Assembly: GCA_018065485.1 (NCBI GenBank)
Contig: JAGHTF010000007.1
Location: forward strand, 1-61,535
Source of the DNA: Candidatus Cryptobacteroides fimicaballi
GTDB taxonomy: Bacteria > Bacteroidota > Bacteroidia > Bacteroidales > UBA932
Direction: 5' to 3'
Length of the DNA: 61,535 bases
The position numbers and the translations under genes were made by a program. Numbering within the stretch: the first letter of the stretch is position 1; the number at the start of each line of letters is the position of its first letter. The notes beneath the pieces are model-generated. The model was not told the origin of the DNA. It did no database searches and was given only the letters and a program-made list of their open reading frames with translations. This document shows positions 33,918 to 43,424 of this stretch, one piece after another.

Positions 33918-33988
33918 AGCGGGATACGGGAGTCGGACCCGCCTCCTTGGCTTGGGAAGCCAATGCACTACCGATGTGCTAATCCCGC
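33918..33988 (-). tRNA. tRNA-Gly(CCC)
   Basis: Reverse complement GCGGGATTAGCACATCGGTAGTGCATTGGCTTCCCAAGCCAAGGAGGCGGGTCCGACTCCCGTATCCCGCT folds into a cloverleaf; anticodon CCC, discriminator U, CCA not encoded. Confidence 0.93.
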
Positions 33989-34052
33989 GAACGGGTACAA
34001 ATATACATATATTTATTGTAATTTACCGACGAATTATGCTATTTTTGCAGTT

Positions 34053-35372
34053 ATGAAACAAAAAAGATTTTTTCTCGAAGAATCTCAGATTCCGCAGCAA
34101 TGGTACAACATTCTGGCAGATTTGCCGAACAAGCCCGCCCCATTGCTCAATCCCAAGACAAAACAACCGGTCACAGTAGAGGAACTCAGCAGTATATTCT
34201 GTCTGGAATGTTCCAGGCAGGAACTCAACACCACCGACCGCTGGATCGGCATTCCCGGACCGGTTCTGGAAAAATACGCCTACTACCGGAGCACTCCTCT
34301 CGTAAGGGCATACGGTCTCGAAGAAGCTTTGGGAACTCCGGCACATATTTATTTCAAGAATGAAAGTGTCAGCCCCATCGGCTCCCACAAACTCAACTCA
34401 GCCCTTCCCCAGGCCTACTACTGCAAACAGGAGGGAGCGACGAACGTCACTACCGAAACCGGAGCCGGGCAATGGGGCACCGCCCTCGCCTACGCAGCAA
34501 AAGTATTCGGTCTTGAGGCTGCGGTTTATCAGGTGAAGCTCACCTACGAGCAGAAGCCTTACCGGCGTTCGATGATGCAGGTCTTCGGAGCACAGGTAAC
34601 CCCTTCGCCCTCAATGTCGACCAGGGCCGGAAAGGATATCCTCACCGCCAATCCCAACCATCAGGGGTCTCTGGGAACCGCGATTTCCGAAGCTGTTGAG
34701 CTCGCGCAGATGACTCCCGGCTGCAAATACGCGCTCGGATCCACAATGAACCACGTCAGCCTGCACCAGACCATTATCGGCCTTGAAGCGGAAAAGCAGA
34801 TGGAAATGGCCGGGGAATATCCCGACACGGTGATCGCCTGCTTCGGCGGCGGTTCCAACTTCGGAGGTATCGCCTTCCCCTTTATGAGGCATAACCTCAG
34901 CGGAGAAAGGCACACCCGCTTCATCGCAGCCGAGCCTGAATCCTGTCCCAAGCTCACAAAAGGCCGATTCGAATATGATTTTGGAGACGAAGCCGGATAT
35001 ACTCCCCTGATTCCGATGTTCACCCTCGGACATAATTTCACTCCGTCCAATATCCACGCCGGAGGCCTGCGATACCACGGTGCGGGGGCAATAGTATCCC
35101 AACTGGTCAAGGACGGACTTATGGAGGGAATGGATATCGCACAGACCGAAGCTTTCGATGCAGCGGTTCTGTTTGCAAAATCCGAAGGAATAATCCCCGC
35201 TCCGGAGTCGGGACACGCAATAGCTGCCGCAGTGCGGGAAGCGCTCGAATGCAAACGCACCGGCGAGGCTAAGACTATCCTGTTCAACCTGTCGGGAACC
35301 GGACTCGTGGATATGCCTTCCTACGACCAATACCTGAGAGGGAATCTCATAAATTTCAAATACGAATTGTAA
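34053..35372 (+). CDS. trpB2: TrpB-like PLP enzyme (TrpB2)
   Basis: QWYNILAD, GSHKLN PLP-Lys, TETGAGQWG, GSLGTAISEA, HAGGLRYHG, PAPESGHA. Confidence 0.92.
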   Translation: MKQKRFFLEESQIPQQWYNILADLPNKPAPLLNPKTKQPVTVEELSSIFCLECSRQELNTTDRWIGIPGPVLEKYAYYRSTPLVRAYGLEEALGTPAHIYFKNESVSPIGSHKLNSALPQAYYCKQEGATNVTTETGAGQWGTALAYAAKVFGLEAAVYQVKLTYEQKPYRRSMMQVFGAQVTPSPSMSTRAGKDILTANPNHQGSLGTAISEAVELAQMTPGCKYALGSTMNHVSLHQTIIGLEAEKQMEMAGEYPDTVIACFGGGSNFGGIAFPFMRHNLSGERHTRFIAAEPESCPKLTKGRFEYDFGDEAGYTPLIPMFTLGHNFTPSNIHAGGLRYHGAGAIVSQLVKDGLMEGMDIAQTEAFDAAVLFAKSEGIIPAPESGHAIAAAVREALECKRTGEAKTILFNLSGTGLVDMPSYDQYLRGNLINFKYEL

Positions 35373-35414
35373 AAAATTTTTGCAGGATATAAAAAAGATA
35401 CATAACTTAGCGGT

Positions 35415-35488
35415 GAAGTTTTTCATAGTTTAAGTTTAGGTTAAGTAACGGGCCATTCGCAGTGATGCAAGTGGTCCGTGAATTTTTT
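35415..35488 (+). ncRNA. Candidate small RNA with its own promoter and a terminator-like hairpin
   Basis: TTTG (35379-35382), 20-nt spacer, TAACTTAG (35403-35410); U-rich CATAGTTTAAGTTTAGGTTAAG; hairpin 35448-35479 with GTGA tetraloop followed by a T-run. Confidence 0.55.
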
Positions 35489-35595
35489 ATGCATTAAGAA
35501 AAGCATTCAAAAAAAGATATTTCCTTTTTTGTATCCGAGTCCGCAGAAGTTTATGCATATTTGCAGTCCCGCTGAGGGAATTAAACTTTACTTTT

Positions 35596-36678
35596 ATGAA
35601 AAACTTTAAAATTCTTCTGTGCGCTTTATGCGCGGCATTGTGCCTGTTCTCCTGTGATTTCAACCTGCAGAAAACTGACCCCGAGCCCGTTCACGGATAC
35701 CTTTGTCTGAGGTTCTCAAGTCTTCCAGCCTCTGCCAAAGCCTACGGTCATATTCCGGACACCAGCGAATTCAAAATCAGCATCATTTCCTCCAATGGTC
35801 AGAGGATATTCCAGGGCTGCTATTACGATATTCCCCAGAATATGGAGCTTGCTCCGGGCAGTTATACCGTAAGTGCACTGTCCTGTGAATTCAGCGACCC
35901 GCTGTTCGACTGTCCGCAGTACGGATACACTCAGGACGTAGAAATAGTCGCCGACCAGACCAGCTGCGTAATTCTGGACTGTGCCCAGACCAACGCCGGG
36001 CTCAGGCTGTTGTTCTCTCCGGAATTCAGGTCCTGCTATCCCACTGCCCAGATTTACGTTTCTTCTGCAAAGGGAAGACTTCTGTACGGATACAACGAAC
36101 GGAGGACAGGATATTTTCTTCCGGGCGATATAAACATCTCGATTTTCGAGGGGAATTCAAGTAAAAGCATCGCCAACAGAAACATCAAAGCACAGGAAAT
36201 TCTGGTGCTCAAACTCCTTTCAGGAGACAGTGTATCCCAAACCAAAGGAATTGAATTCTCTCTGGACACGTCCAGGGTTTACCTGAACGAAGAACTGGAC
36301 TGGAACGGTTACGGTGGAGGAGAAGATTCTCCGTCTAAGGAAAAAGCGATAAGCGTTCCGCAAGCCGCCGACCACATTGGGGAGAAAGACGTCTGGGTCA
36401 GCGGATATATCGCCGGAGTGTCCAAATCCAGCTCCAGTTCCGAATTCCAGAGTCCGTTCTCCAGCAATACTAACCTGCTGCTGTCTGCATCGGCAAACAA
36501 TACGGACAGGGAAACCTGCATTGCGGTTGAACTGGCCAAGGGAGATATAAGGGACGCCCTGAACCTGAAGGACCATCCCGGTTATCTTAACCGGAGGATT
36601 CGCCTGAAAGGGACTGTCGAAGAATCCTATTTCGGCCTCACCGGCCTGAAAAAGATTAAAGACTTCGAATGGGAGTAA
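35596..36678 (+). CDS. Lipoprotein, DUF4493-like N-terminus and DUF6359-like C-terminus
   Basis: Lipobox LFSC; LAPGSYTVSA..FDCPQY; C-terminal VWVSGYI, RDALNL, YFGLTGLK. Confidence 0.65.
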   Translation: MKNFKILLCALCAALCLFSCDFNLQKTDPEPVHGYLCLRFSSLPASAKAYGHIPDTSEFKISIISSNGQRIFQGCYYDIPQNMELAPGSYTVSALSCEFSDPLFDCPQYGYTQDVEIVADQTSCVILDCAQTNAGLRLLFSPEFRSCYPTAQIYVSSAKGRLLYGYNERRTGYFLPGDINISIFEGNSSKSIANRNIKAQEILVLKLLSGDSVSQTKGIEFSLDTSRVYLNEELDWNGYGGGEDSPSKEKAISVPQAADHIGEKDVWVSGYIAGVSKSSSSSEFQSPFSSNTNLLLSASANNTDRETCIAVELAKGDIRDALNLKDHPGYLNRRIRLKGTVEESYFGLTGLKKIKDFEWE

Positions 36679-39382
36679 GCTTTTTCCTTACTTTCGGACT
36701 GCCGTCCCCGGCCTTTCTCACGCTCACTGTCAAGAGACCGTAAGGTGTCGGGAACGAGCCTTCCGCCCATTCCAGATCTCCAAGATGAGGCTCTATGGAG
36801 CAGTTGCGCCCGCCATCGGAAACGTCGGTCACACCCAGGACATACTGTAAGAGAAAACTTGCCGGGCCGGATGCCCATCCGTGGCAGAGGCTGTGCCTGT
36901 ATCCTTTGTAGCAATAGTTCCCGTAGGTTTTGTGAATGTCGGTTTTCCCGCTCGAAGGAGCTTCGTCGATACGGTCTGCCCCCCGCATCCACTCTATGTC
37001 GAAATCTTCCCAAAAGGTGGTTGCTCCCAAGTCCAGCATTCCTCCCCAGTATTCGGATATTATGTCCATCGCATCCCGGTATTTTCCGGCTTTCGCGAGG
37101 GCCTGCAGCATATAGTAGCCGTAAAAGGTGGAGAATCCGCGGGAGCCCCCTTCCAGAATTCCCTGTGCGGCTTCGTCGGAAGGCATTATTCCGGCCAGAC
37201 TCATCAGCGCCATAGCCTGTTTGCGACCGGGCAGAGTCGGAGCCTTTCCCTCGGAACGGAAGGATTCGAGATATAGGGGTGCGGCCCCGGCAAGAAGGAC
37301 TCGCGCATCTGCACACTTGTGAGCAAAATTTTCCTCTCCCAGAATCGTGCAGAGCTGTTCGCCAGCCTCCATTGCCATTATCATAAGAGACTGCAGTCCG
37401 CAGGCAATGGCGGTGGTGTCGGCATTGGAAGGCCAGTCGAGGAAACGGCCTCCGTCCAGGCATTCCCTGCCGTCTTCCCCTATGCAGCCGAGAAGCTGGC
37501 CGAGCAAAGCGCATACATAATCCCTTTGGGCTTCAAGATATTCGTGCCGGCCCTGGTAACGGTACCAGTCGTTCTGAATCAGCAGCCACCATATCGAGTA
37601 AGAACTTATGGCATTCATCCAGGCATTGCCCCTGCCGGGAACAATAGGAGTTTCGTCGCGCACCAGGTCCAGGCTGCGTTCTACCGAAGGGACCCATCCG
37701 TAGGCGCTGCATATTGTCATAACCTCGGGATGCATATCCCCTATCCATACCAGCCGGTCCCGCTTGATTCCGTCCCACACGTATTCCTGCAAATTCTGGC
37801 TTACCGTGTAAACGGCTGTCTCCCAGATGCTGTTCAAACGCGGGTCGCTGCAGCGGAAACTTCCTCTTACGGGAACGTCCAGGCATTCGTTGTATGCCGA
37901 CACTTCGCGCAGGAGCAGAATCTCGGATGCGTCCAACACGTCTATGCGGGCAAAACGGAAACCGCTCCGCCCGATTTCCCTGCAACCCAGCCAGGGCAGT
38001 TCGGTAACGAAATCCCGTATGGCGTGCTCGTTCCCCGCCCCATTCAGGCCATCGATATCACAGCAGGCTTCACTGTAGGACTCTCCGAGACGGATTCTTA
38101 CCTTTACCGGCTTCCCCGACCCGTACTGTCCGGTGACTATGCGCAGGCCTCCCTGCAGTTCCTTTCCGAAATCCAGCAGCAGCGACGCGCCTTCGCTTCC
38201 CTTCGACTTAAGACAGCAGCAGTCCTTGCTTCCAAGGACTGCCTGACACTTTCCTTCCGAAAGGAGTATAGTGTCGTTCTGCACCGCTCCGCTTAAGGGA
38301 ATGGTCTTAACGGGACTGACGTACCGTCGCACAACCGCAGCTTCGGCGTTCTCCCTCACGGGCTCGGCTTCACCGGATTTTATCAGTTCGGGTACGAACG
38401 TGCTGAAAATAAGAATAGCCAGGCCAAGCACCAGCACCAGTACCGTCTTCCGGGTAACGCCCTTCCATTCCCTGAGGATAATTCCCCAGACATTGGAGAA
38501 GGTGACATTGAGAGCCATAAGAATGCACCAGCTGAAAGTGATAAGCGCAGGATAGTCTCCGAGGAATCCCTTGCCCAGGCTGAGTCCGAAGAACTGACTG
38601 TACCACAGCAGTCCGGCCAGTGCACAGAAAAGAATGTTCCTGCGCCACAGCGAGGGTTTCGCATAGTCGCCGAAGGTTCTGTTCTTCCTGTTCTGACAGA
38701 GGCAGTATACCGCATTGGTAACGAATCCGCCGATGGTGACCAGCAGGGTTGCCGGCAGGGAGCTGAAGATTTCCGGGCTCTGCTCAAAATGAAGGGGTGC
38801 CCCGAAACTCAGTCCGATGTTGAAGCAGGCGCTCATAAAACCGGCCAGCAGCGCTACTGCAATGCCTTTCGGGAAATTGAAATCCTTTACAGCCTTCTTC
38901 TTTTCTTCTTCGGGCAGAGTCGAAGACTTCATTGCTCCGGCTACGCCGATGATTGCGATTCCGACAAGAGTCACCACCACACCTATGATCACACTGGAGG
39001 TAAGGTCGGCGGCGTGCCCTGTAAGAACGGGACCGAGGATTGCTCCAAGGCCGGCGCAGGTACCGAGGGCAATGCTCTGACCGAGGGCCACTCCAAGATA
39101 TCGCATCGACAACCCGAATGTAAGGCCTCCTACCCCCCACAGCATTCCGAAGATTACCACGAGGAGCGAGTTCTTCGGATAAGCGGCGACGAGTTCCCAT
39201 AGGGTATGCCCCTGAGGAACTGCCAGCAGTGCTCCCAGCAAAGGGAACACAAGCCAGGCGAATACTCCCTGTACCAGCCAGTACGATTCCCAGCTCCATT
39301 TGCTTATCTTGTTTATGGGCACATAGCTGCTGGATTGGCAGAATGCGCCTACGGCAATGATTATCAGTCCTATGAGTAGCAT
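36656..39382 (-). CDS. Fusion: L-rhamnose/H+ symporter (RhaT) + GH78 alpha-L-rhamnosidase
   Basis: aa 1 to ~334: WSWESYW, LWGVGGLTFGLSMRYLG, SNVWGIILREWKG (RhaT); aa ~350-908: LLDFGKE, DGIKRDRLVWIGD, ATTFWEDF, SLCHGWASGP (GH78); one uninterrupted ORF. Confidence 0.88.
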   Translation of the reverse strand: MLLIGLIIIAVGAFCQSSSYVPINKISKWSWESYWLVQGVFAWLVFPLLGALLAVPQGHTLWELVAAYPKNSLLVVIFGMLWGVGGLTFGLSMRYLGVALGQSIALGTCAGLGAILGPVLTGHAADLTSSVIIGVVVTLVGIAIIGVAGAMKSSTLPEEEKKKAVKDFNFPKGIAVALLAGFMSACFNIGLSFGAPLHFEQSPEIFSSLPATLLVTIGGFVTNAVYCLCQNRKNRTFGDYAKPSLWRRNILFCALAGLLWYSQFFGLSLGKGFLGDYPALITFSWCILMALNVTFSNVWGIILREWKGVTRKTVLVLVLGLAILIFSTFVPELIKSGEAEPVRENAEAAVVRRYVSPVKTIPLSGAVQNDTILLSEGKCQAVLGSKDCCCLKSKGSEGASLLLDFGKELQGGLRIVTGQYGSGKPVKVRIRLGESYSEACCDIDGLNGAGNEHAIRDFVTELPWLGCREIGRSGFRFARIDVLDASEILLLREVSAYNECLDVPVRGSFRCSDPRLNSIWETAVYTVSQNLQEYVWDGIKRDRLVWIGDMHPEVMTICSAYGWVPSVERSLDLVRDETPIVPGRGNAWMNAISSYSIWWLLIQNDWYRYQGRHEYLEAQRDYVCALLGQLLGCIGEDGRECLDGGRFLDWPSNADTTAIACGLQSLMIMAMEAGEQLCTILGEENFAHKCADARVLLAGAAPLYLESFRSEGKAPTLPGRKQAMALMSLAGIMPSDEAAQGILEGGSRGFSTFYGYYMLQALAKAGKYRDAMDIISEYWGGMLDLGATTFWEDFDIEWMRGADRIDEAPSSGKTDIHKTYGNYCYKGYRHSLCHGWASGPASFLLQYVLGVTDVSDGGRNCSIEPHLGDLEWAEGSFPTPYGLLTVSVRKAGDGSPKVRKKLTPIRSL

Positions 39383-39394
39383 AATATCGATGTT

Positions 39395-40474
39395 TTACAG
39401 TATGATGGCGTCACAATATGCGCAACGCAGGTCGCCGCTTTCGGTCCTGTGTACAAGAGGAGCTATGCGCTCGTGATTGCAGATGCACTTGGAGTTACGG
39501 CACTGCGCGTTTTCGTCCGCGTAGAACTCCGGATGGGCCGGGGTCTCGTGGGCAGAATCATTCTTCCACTCGAGCAGCTTGCAGATGAGCGCCATCCTTA
39601 CGAACTTGCCGTTTTCGACCTGACGGAAATATGCGGCTCTGGGATCGGCGTCCACATCGGGACTGATTTCGTTCACCCTCGGGAGGGGATGCAATACTGC
39701 CATTTCGCGCTTTGCAAGCTTCATCTTCTGGGCATCCAGCACGAAGCTGTCCTTGACCCTTTCGAATTCCTCTTCGTCCAGGAAACGTTCCTTCTGCACC
39801 CTGGTCATATACAGCACGTCCAGTTCGCCTATGACTTCTTCTATGGTAGAAACTTCTCTGTAGGCTATGCCCATCCGGTCACACACGTCCTGCTTGATAT
39901 AGCCGGGGAGCCTGAGTTCCTGGGGAGCGATGAGGATAACCTTCACGTCCCTGTAACGGGATAGCGCCTTTATCAGGGAATGAACGGTACGCCCGAATTT
40001 AAGGTCGCCGCAGAAGCCGATGGTGATTCCGTCTATATGCCCGAGTTCCCTCTTTATCGTAAGGAGGTCGGTAAGCGTCTGGGTCGGATGTGCGTGGGAA
40101 CCGTCCCCCGCATTGATGATAGGCACCTCCGATACCGTAGAGGCAATGTAAGGAGCTCCTTCCAGAGGATGGCGCATTGCAATTATGTCGGCGAACTTGC
40201 CCACAACCCTGACCGTATCTTCTACCGTTTCACCCTTGCTCACCGAAGAGTTCCTGGCGTCCGAGAAGCCGAGGACGTTTCCCCCCAGCTCCATCATAGC
40301 CGCCGTGAAGCTGAGCCTGGTCCTTGTGCTGGGTTCACAGAAGAGAGTGGCCAGCTTGTGGTAACGCAGGCGGTCGCGATACTTTTCCCTGTCGGCAATG
40401 ATGTCCTGTGCAAGGCTTACGATGGAATTGGTTTCCTCCAGGGTAAGGTCTGTAGGGTCTATGAGATGTTTCAT
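39395..40474 (-). CDS. pyrB: Aspartate carbamoyltransferase with C-terminal PyrI-type zinc domain
   Basis: EPSTRTRLSF, HPTQTLTD, GDLKFGRTVHSL, TRVQKER, HPLPR; tail CRNSKCIC...LRCAYCD. Confidence 0.93.
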   Translation of the reverse strand: MKHLIDPTDLTLEETNSIVSLAQDIIADREKYRDRLRYHKLATLFCEPSTRTRLSFTAAMMELGGNVLGFSDARNSSVSKGETVEDTVRVVGKFADIIAMRHPLEGAPYIASTVSEVPIINAGDGSHAHPTQTLTDLLTIKRELGHIDGITIGFCGDLKFGRTVHSLIKALSRYRDVKVILIAPQELRLPGYIKQDVCDRMGIAYREVSTIEEVIGELDVLYMTRVQKERFLDEEEFERVKDSFVLDAQKMKLAKREMAVLHPLPRVNEISPDVDADPRAAYFRQVENGKFVRMALICKLLEWKNDSAHETPAHPEFYADENAQCRNSKCICNHERIAPLVHRTESGDLRCAYCDAIIL

Positions 40475-41079
40475 AAACTGTTGCGGAAATTAAGTACTTT
40501 TTCTTTCTGTTCTGCAGTGATATAGTTCTCCTCAACGGCAACTTCTACGAGAGTGTCGAGGTTGGACAGAGAATGGTTCTCTACGCTTGCAGCGGCCAGC
40601 CTTTCGACTCCCTTCGCAAGTCCGTAGGTGAATATGCTTACTATTCCGAGCACCTGTGCTCCGGCTTCGCGCAGAGCCTCCACAACGTCGATCACGCTGC
40701 CGCCGGTAGAGATAAGGTCCTCGATAACCACTACTTTGGTACCGGCTTCCATCTTTCCTTCTATCTTATTGTTGCGGCCGTGAGTCTTTGCCTCTGCCCG
40801 CACGTAGCCCATAGGCAGTCCCATAATGGACGCGGCAATGGCAGCGTGAGCTATTCCGGCTGTGCTTGTACCCATAAGCATCTCAACCTGAGGATAGTGC
40901 TTCTTTACGACATCGGCAATGGCCTGTTCTACAACCGAGCGGGCCGCCGGCGCTGAAAGGATGAGCCGGTTGTCACAATAAATGGGACTCTTGATTCCAC
41001 TGGCCCAGGTGAAAGGATCGTCGGGTCTCAGGAACACAGCATTGATACTGAGCAGCTGTTTTGCAATTTCTCTTTCCAT
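40471..41079 (-). CDS. pyrE: Orotate phosphoribosyltransferase
   Basis: FTWASGIKSPIYCDNR, VVIEDLISTGGS. Confidence 0.95.
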   Translation of the reverse strand: MEREIAKQLLSINAVFLRPDDPFTWASGIKSPIYCDNRLILSAPAARSVVEQAIADVVKKHYPQVEMLMGTSTAGIAHAAIAASIMGLPMGYVRAEAKTHGRNNKIEGKMEAGTKVVVIEDLISTGGSVIDVVEALREAGAQVLGIVSIFTYGLAKGVERLAAASVENHSLSNLDTLVEVAVEENYITAEQKEKVLNFRNSL

Positions 41080-41080
41080 A

Positions 41081-41791
41081 CTATACGGTTTCGTTTAAAA
41101 ATTCCTTGACGCACCTGCGGTACGAGGCCACAGGGTCGGGAGCGGCTGTGACCGGCCTGCCTACCACAATGTAATCCGAACCTATTTCACGTGCCATTGC
41201 AGGCGTTGTAACACGGCGCTGGTCATCTGCCGCGCTGTCGGCAAAGCGGATTCCGGGAGTGACGGCCACGAATTCCTTTCCACAAGCTTTCTTGACTATA
41301 GAAGCTTCCAGAGGGGAGCATACAACCCCGTCCAGACCGGCCTCCTTTGCATTTGCGGCGTAATGTGCAATGGTCTCTGCTATGCCGGCATTTATCAGAA
41401 GCTCCTTCTGCATCCGCTCCTCGGTAGTGGAAGTAAGCTGTGTTACGGCAATGAGCACGGGACGTGTTCCGTCCTCACGGGTCAGCCCCTCAACTGCGGC
41501 TCGCATCATATCAACGGTTCCGGCAGCGTGTACATTGGTCATATCCACATCCAGTGCCGAAAGTACCTTCATCGTTTTTTTGACGGTGTTGGGGATGTCG
41601 TGCAGCTTGAGGTCCAGGAAAATCTTATGTCCCCTTGCCTTTATCTGACGCACGATGTCCGGTCCGGCGCCATAGAACAGTTCCATTCCAATCTTTACGA
41701 ACGGCTTCCGCGGACAGTCGGCGAACTTGTCCAGAAAGGCGAGCACCTCGGCTCCGCTGCTGAAATCGCAGGCAATTATTACATCTTTCAT
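41081..41791 (-). CDS. pyrF: Orotidine-5'-phosphate decarboxylase
   Basis: [28 protein letters not shown]. Confidence 0.95.
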   Translation of the reverse strand: MKDVIIACDFSSGAEVLAFLDKFADCPRKPFVKIGMELFYGAGPDIVRQIKARGHKIFLDLKLHDIPNTVKKTMKVLSALDVDMTNVHAAGTVDMMRAAVEGLTREDGTRPVLIAVTQLTSTTEERMQKELLINAGIAETIAHYAANAKEAGLDGVVCSPLEASIVKKACGKEFVAVTPGIRFADSAADDQRRVTTPAMAREIGSDYIVVGRPVTAAPDPVASYRRCVKEFLNETV

Positions 41792-42693
41792 ACTATTCCA
41801 ACTATCGAATTCAAATCATCTATTCCGTATTTTTTCATTGCAGATGGCAGTTCCTCGACAATCTGTTTGCATACGAACGGATTGCGGAGGTTCTCGGCAC
41901 CCACCTGCACGGCATTCGCCCCGGCCATCATCATCTCAATGACATCATCGGCGCAGGACACCCCGCCACAACCCATAATGGGCAGACTGCACGCGTGACG
42001 CACCTGATTCACCATCCTCAAGGCAATGGGGAATATCGCCCTCCCGCTGAATCCGCCGTACTTCTCGTGCGTCACGCAGCGGCGCGCTGCAATATTTATC
42101 CTCATTCCCAGGACTGTATTTATAAGGGTAAGGCCGTCGGCCCCTGCCTGCTCGCAGGCTCGCGCAATGGCTGCAATGTCGGTAACGTTGGGGCTCAGTT
42201 TCACAAACACCGGCTTGCGGCACACCCGCTTCACTGCGGCAGTCACCTGCGCGGCGCTCTCGGGACTCGTTCCGAACGCCAGCCCGCCTCCGTGCACGTT
42301 GGGGCAGGACACGTTCACCTCAATGATATCGGTCTGCGGGGCTTCGTCGGCCCGCTCACAGGCGGCCACGTATTCATCGACCGAAAAACCGCTCACGTTC
42401 GCTATCACAGCGCCTTTGAAAACCTTTCTCAAGGCGGGGAGCTTTTCATTCACAAAAGTCTCGACCCCCGGATTCTGCAGGCCTACCGAATTGATCATCC
42501 CGTCCGGACATTCCGCTATCCTGGGACACTCGTTGCCATAGCGCGGCTGCAGGGTAGTCCCCTTGAGCGAAATTCCGCCCAGGACATTAAGGTCGTACGC
42601 GTCTGCCATTTCAATTCCGAATCCGAAGGTTCCGCTGGCGGGAATTACCGGATTCTTGAGTCTGACTCCGCAAAGATTCACCTCTGTTACCAT
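41788..42693 (-). CDS. pyrD: Dihydroorotate dehydrogenase (class 1B catalytic subunit)
   Basis: [33 protein letters not shown]. Confidence 0.95.
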   Translation of the reverse strand: MVTEVNLCGVRLKNPVIPASGTFGFGIEMADAYDLNVLGGISLKGTTLQPRYGNECPRIAECPDGMINSVGLQNPGVETFVNEKLPALRKVFKGAVIANVSGFSVDEYVAACERADEAPQTDIIEVNVSCPNVHGGGLAFGTSPESAAQVTAAVKRVCRKPVFVKLSPNVTDIAAIARACEQAGADGLTLINTVLGMRINIAARRCVTHEKYGGFSGRAIFPIALRMVNQVRHACSLPIMGCGGVSCADDVIEMMMAGANAVQVGAENLRNPFVCKQIVEELPSAMKKYGIDDLNSIVGIV

Positions 42694-43424
42694 ATTATGT
42701 CCTCCTTATCGAATACCGGTCCGTCGGCACATACGCGACGGGGGCCTTTTTTCGTATGACAGGTGCAGCCGTAGCATATTCCGCAACCGCAGCCCATCCT
42801 TTCCTCGAGGCTGGCCTGACCGGGTCCGGGCAGCATATCGCATACGGCTTTCATCATCACCTTTGGCCCGCAGGTATAGAAAAAGTCGTGCTGCGGCTGC
42901 AACTCCCTGATCGCATCCGTAACCAGGCCCTTCATACCTATGCTGCCGTCCATAGTCACCACTGTGACATCTACGCCCAGCTTCTTATAATCCTCCACCA
43001 GCACGGCATCGCCGGCACTGTTGAATCCCATTATGAGCTTCACTTCCCTGCCCCTTGCCAAAAGATCCTTCACCAGGCCGTAAACAGGCGAGGCACCCAG
43101 TCCTCCGCTCACCACAAGAGCCTTCTCCCGGCACTTGGAAGCATCGAATCCGTTGCCCAGCGGAAGCAGAACATTAAGTTCTGCCCCGGCCTTGAGTTCA
43201 CTCATCTGCGCGGTTCCCTTCCCCACTGTCTTGTAAACGACGGTAAGGCTGTCGCCGCTCCAGTCCATTGCCGCAAGCGGACGGCGCAGGAACTTGCCCG
43301 GAACCGTTATGTCCACGAACTGCCCGCCCCGGACAATCTGCGAAGCATCCCCGTTCAGGGTCATCCTGTAGATTCCGTCGGCAACGCGTTCGTTGCTCTT
43401 TATTGTAAATGTCTGGTCTTTCAT
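42687..43424 (-). CDS. pyrK: Dihydroorotate dehydrogenase electron transfer subunit
   Basis: [31 protein letters not shown]...CADGPVF. Confidence 0.93.
   Translation of the reverse strand: MKDQTFTIKSNERVADGIYRMTLNGDASQIVRGGQFVDITVPGKFLRRPLAAMDWSGDSLTVVYKTVGKGTAQMSELKAGAELNVLLPLGNGFDASKCREKALVVSGGLGASPVYGLVKDLLARGREVKLIMGFNSAGDAVLVEDYKKLGVDVTVVTMDGSIGMKGLVTDAIRELQPQHDFFYTCGPKVMMKAVCDMLPGPGQASLEERMGCGCGICYGCTCHTKKGPRRVCADGPVFDKEDIIW

Noticed and set aside
33915-34052. N-terminal extension of the trpB2 ORF in the ORF track
   Set aside because: It overlaps the tRNA and promoters; the likely start is ATG 34053.
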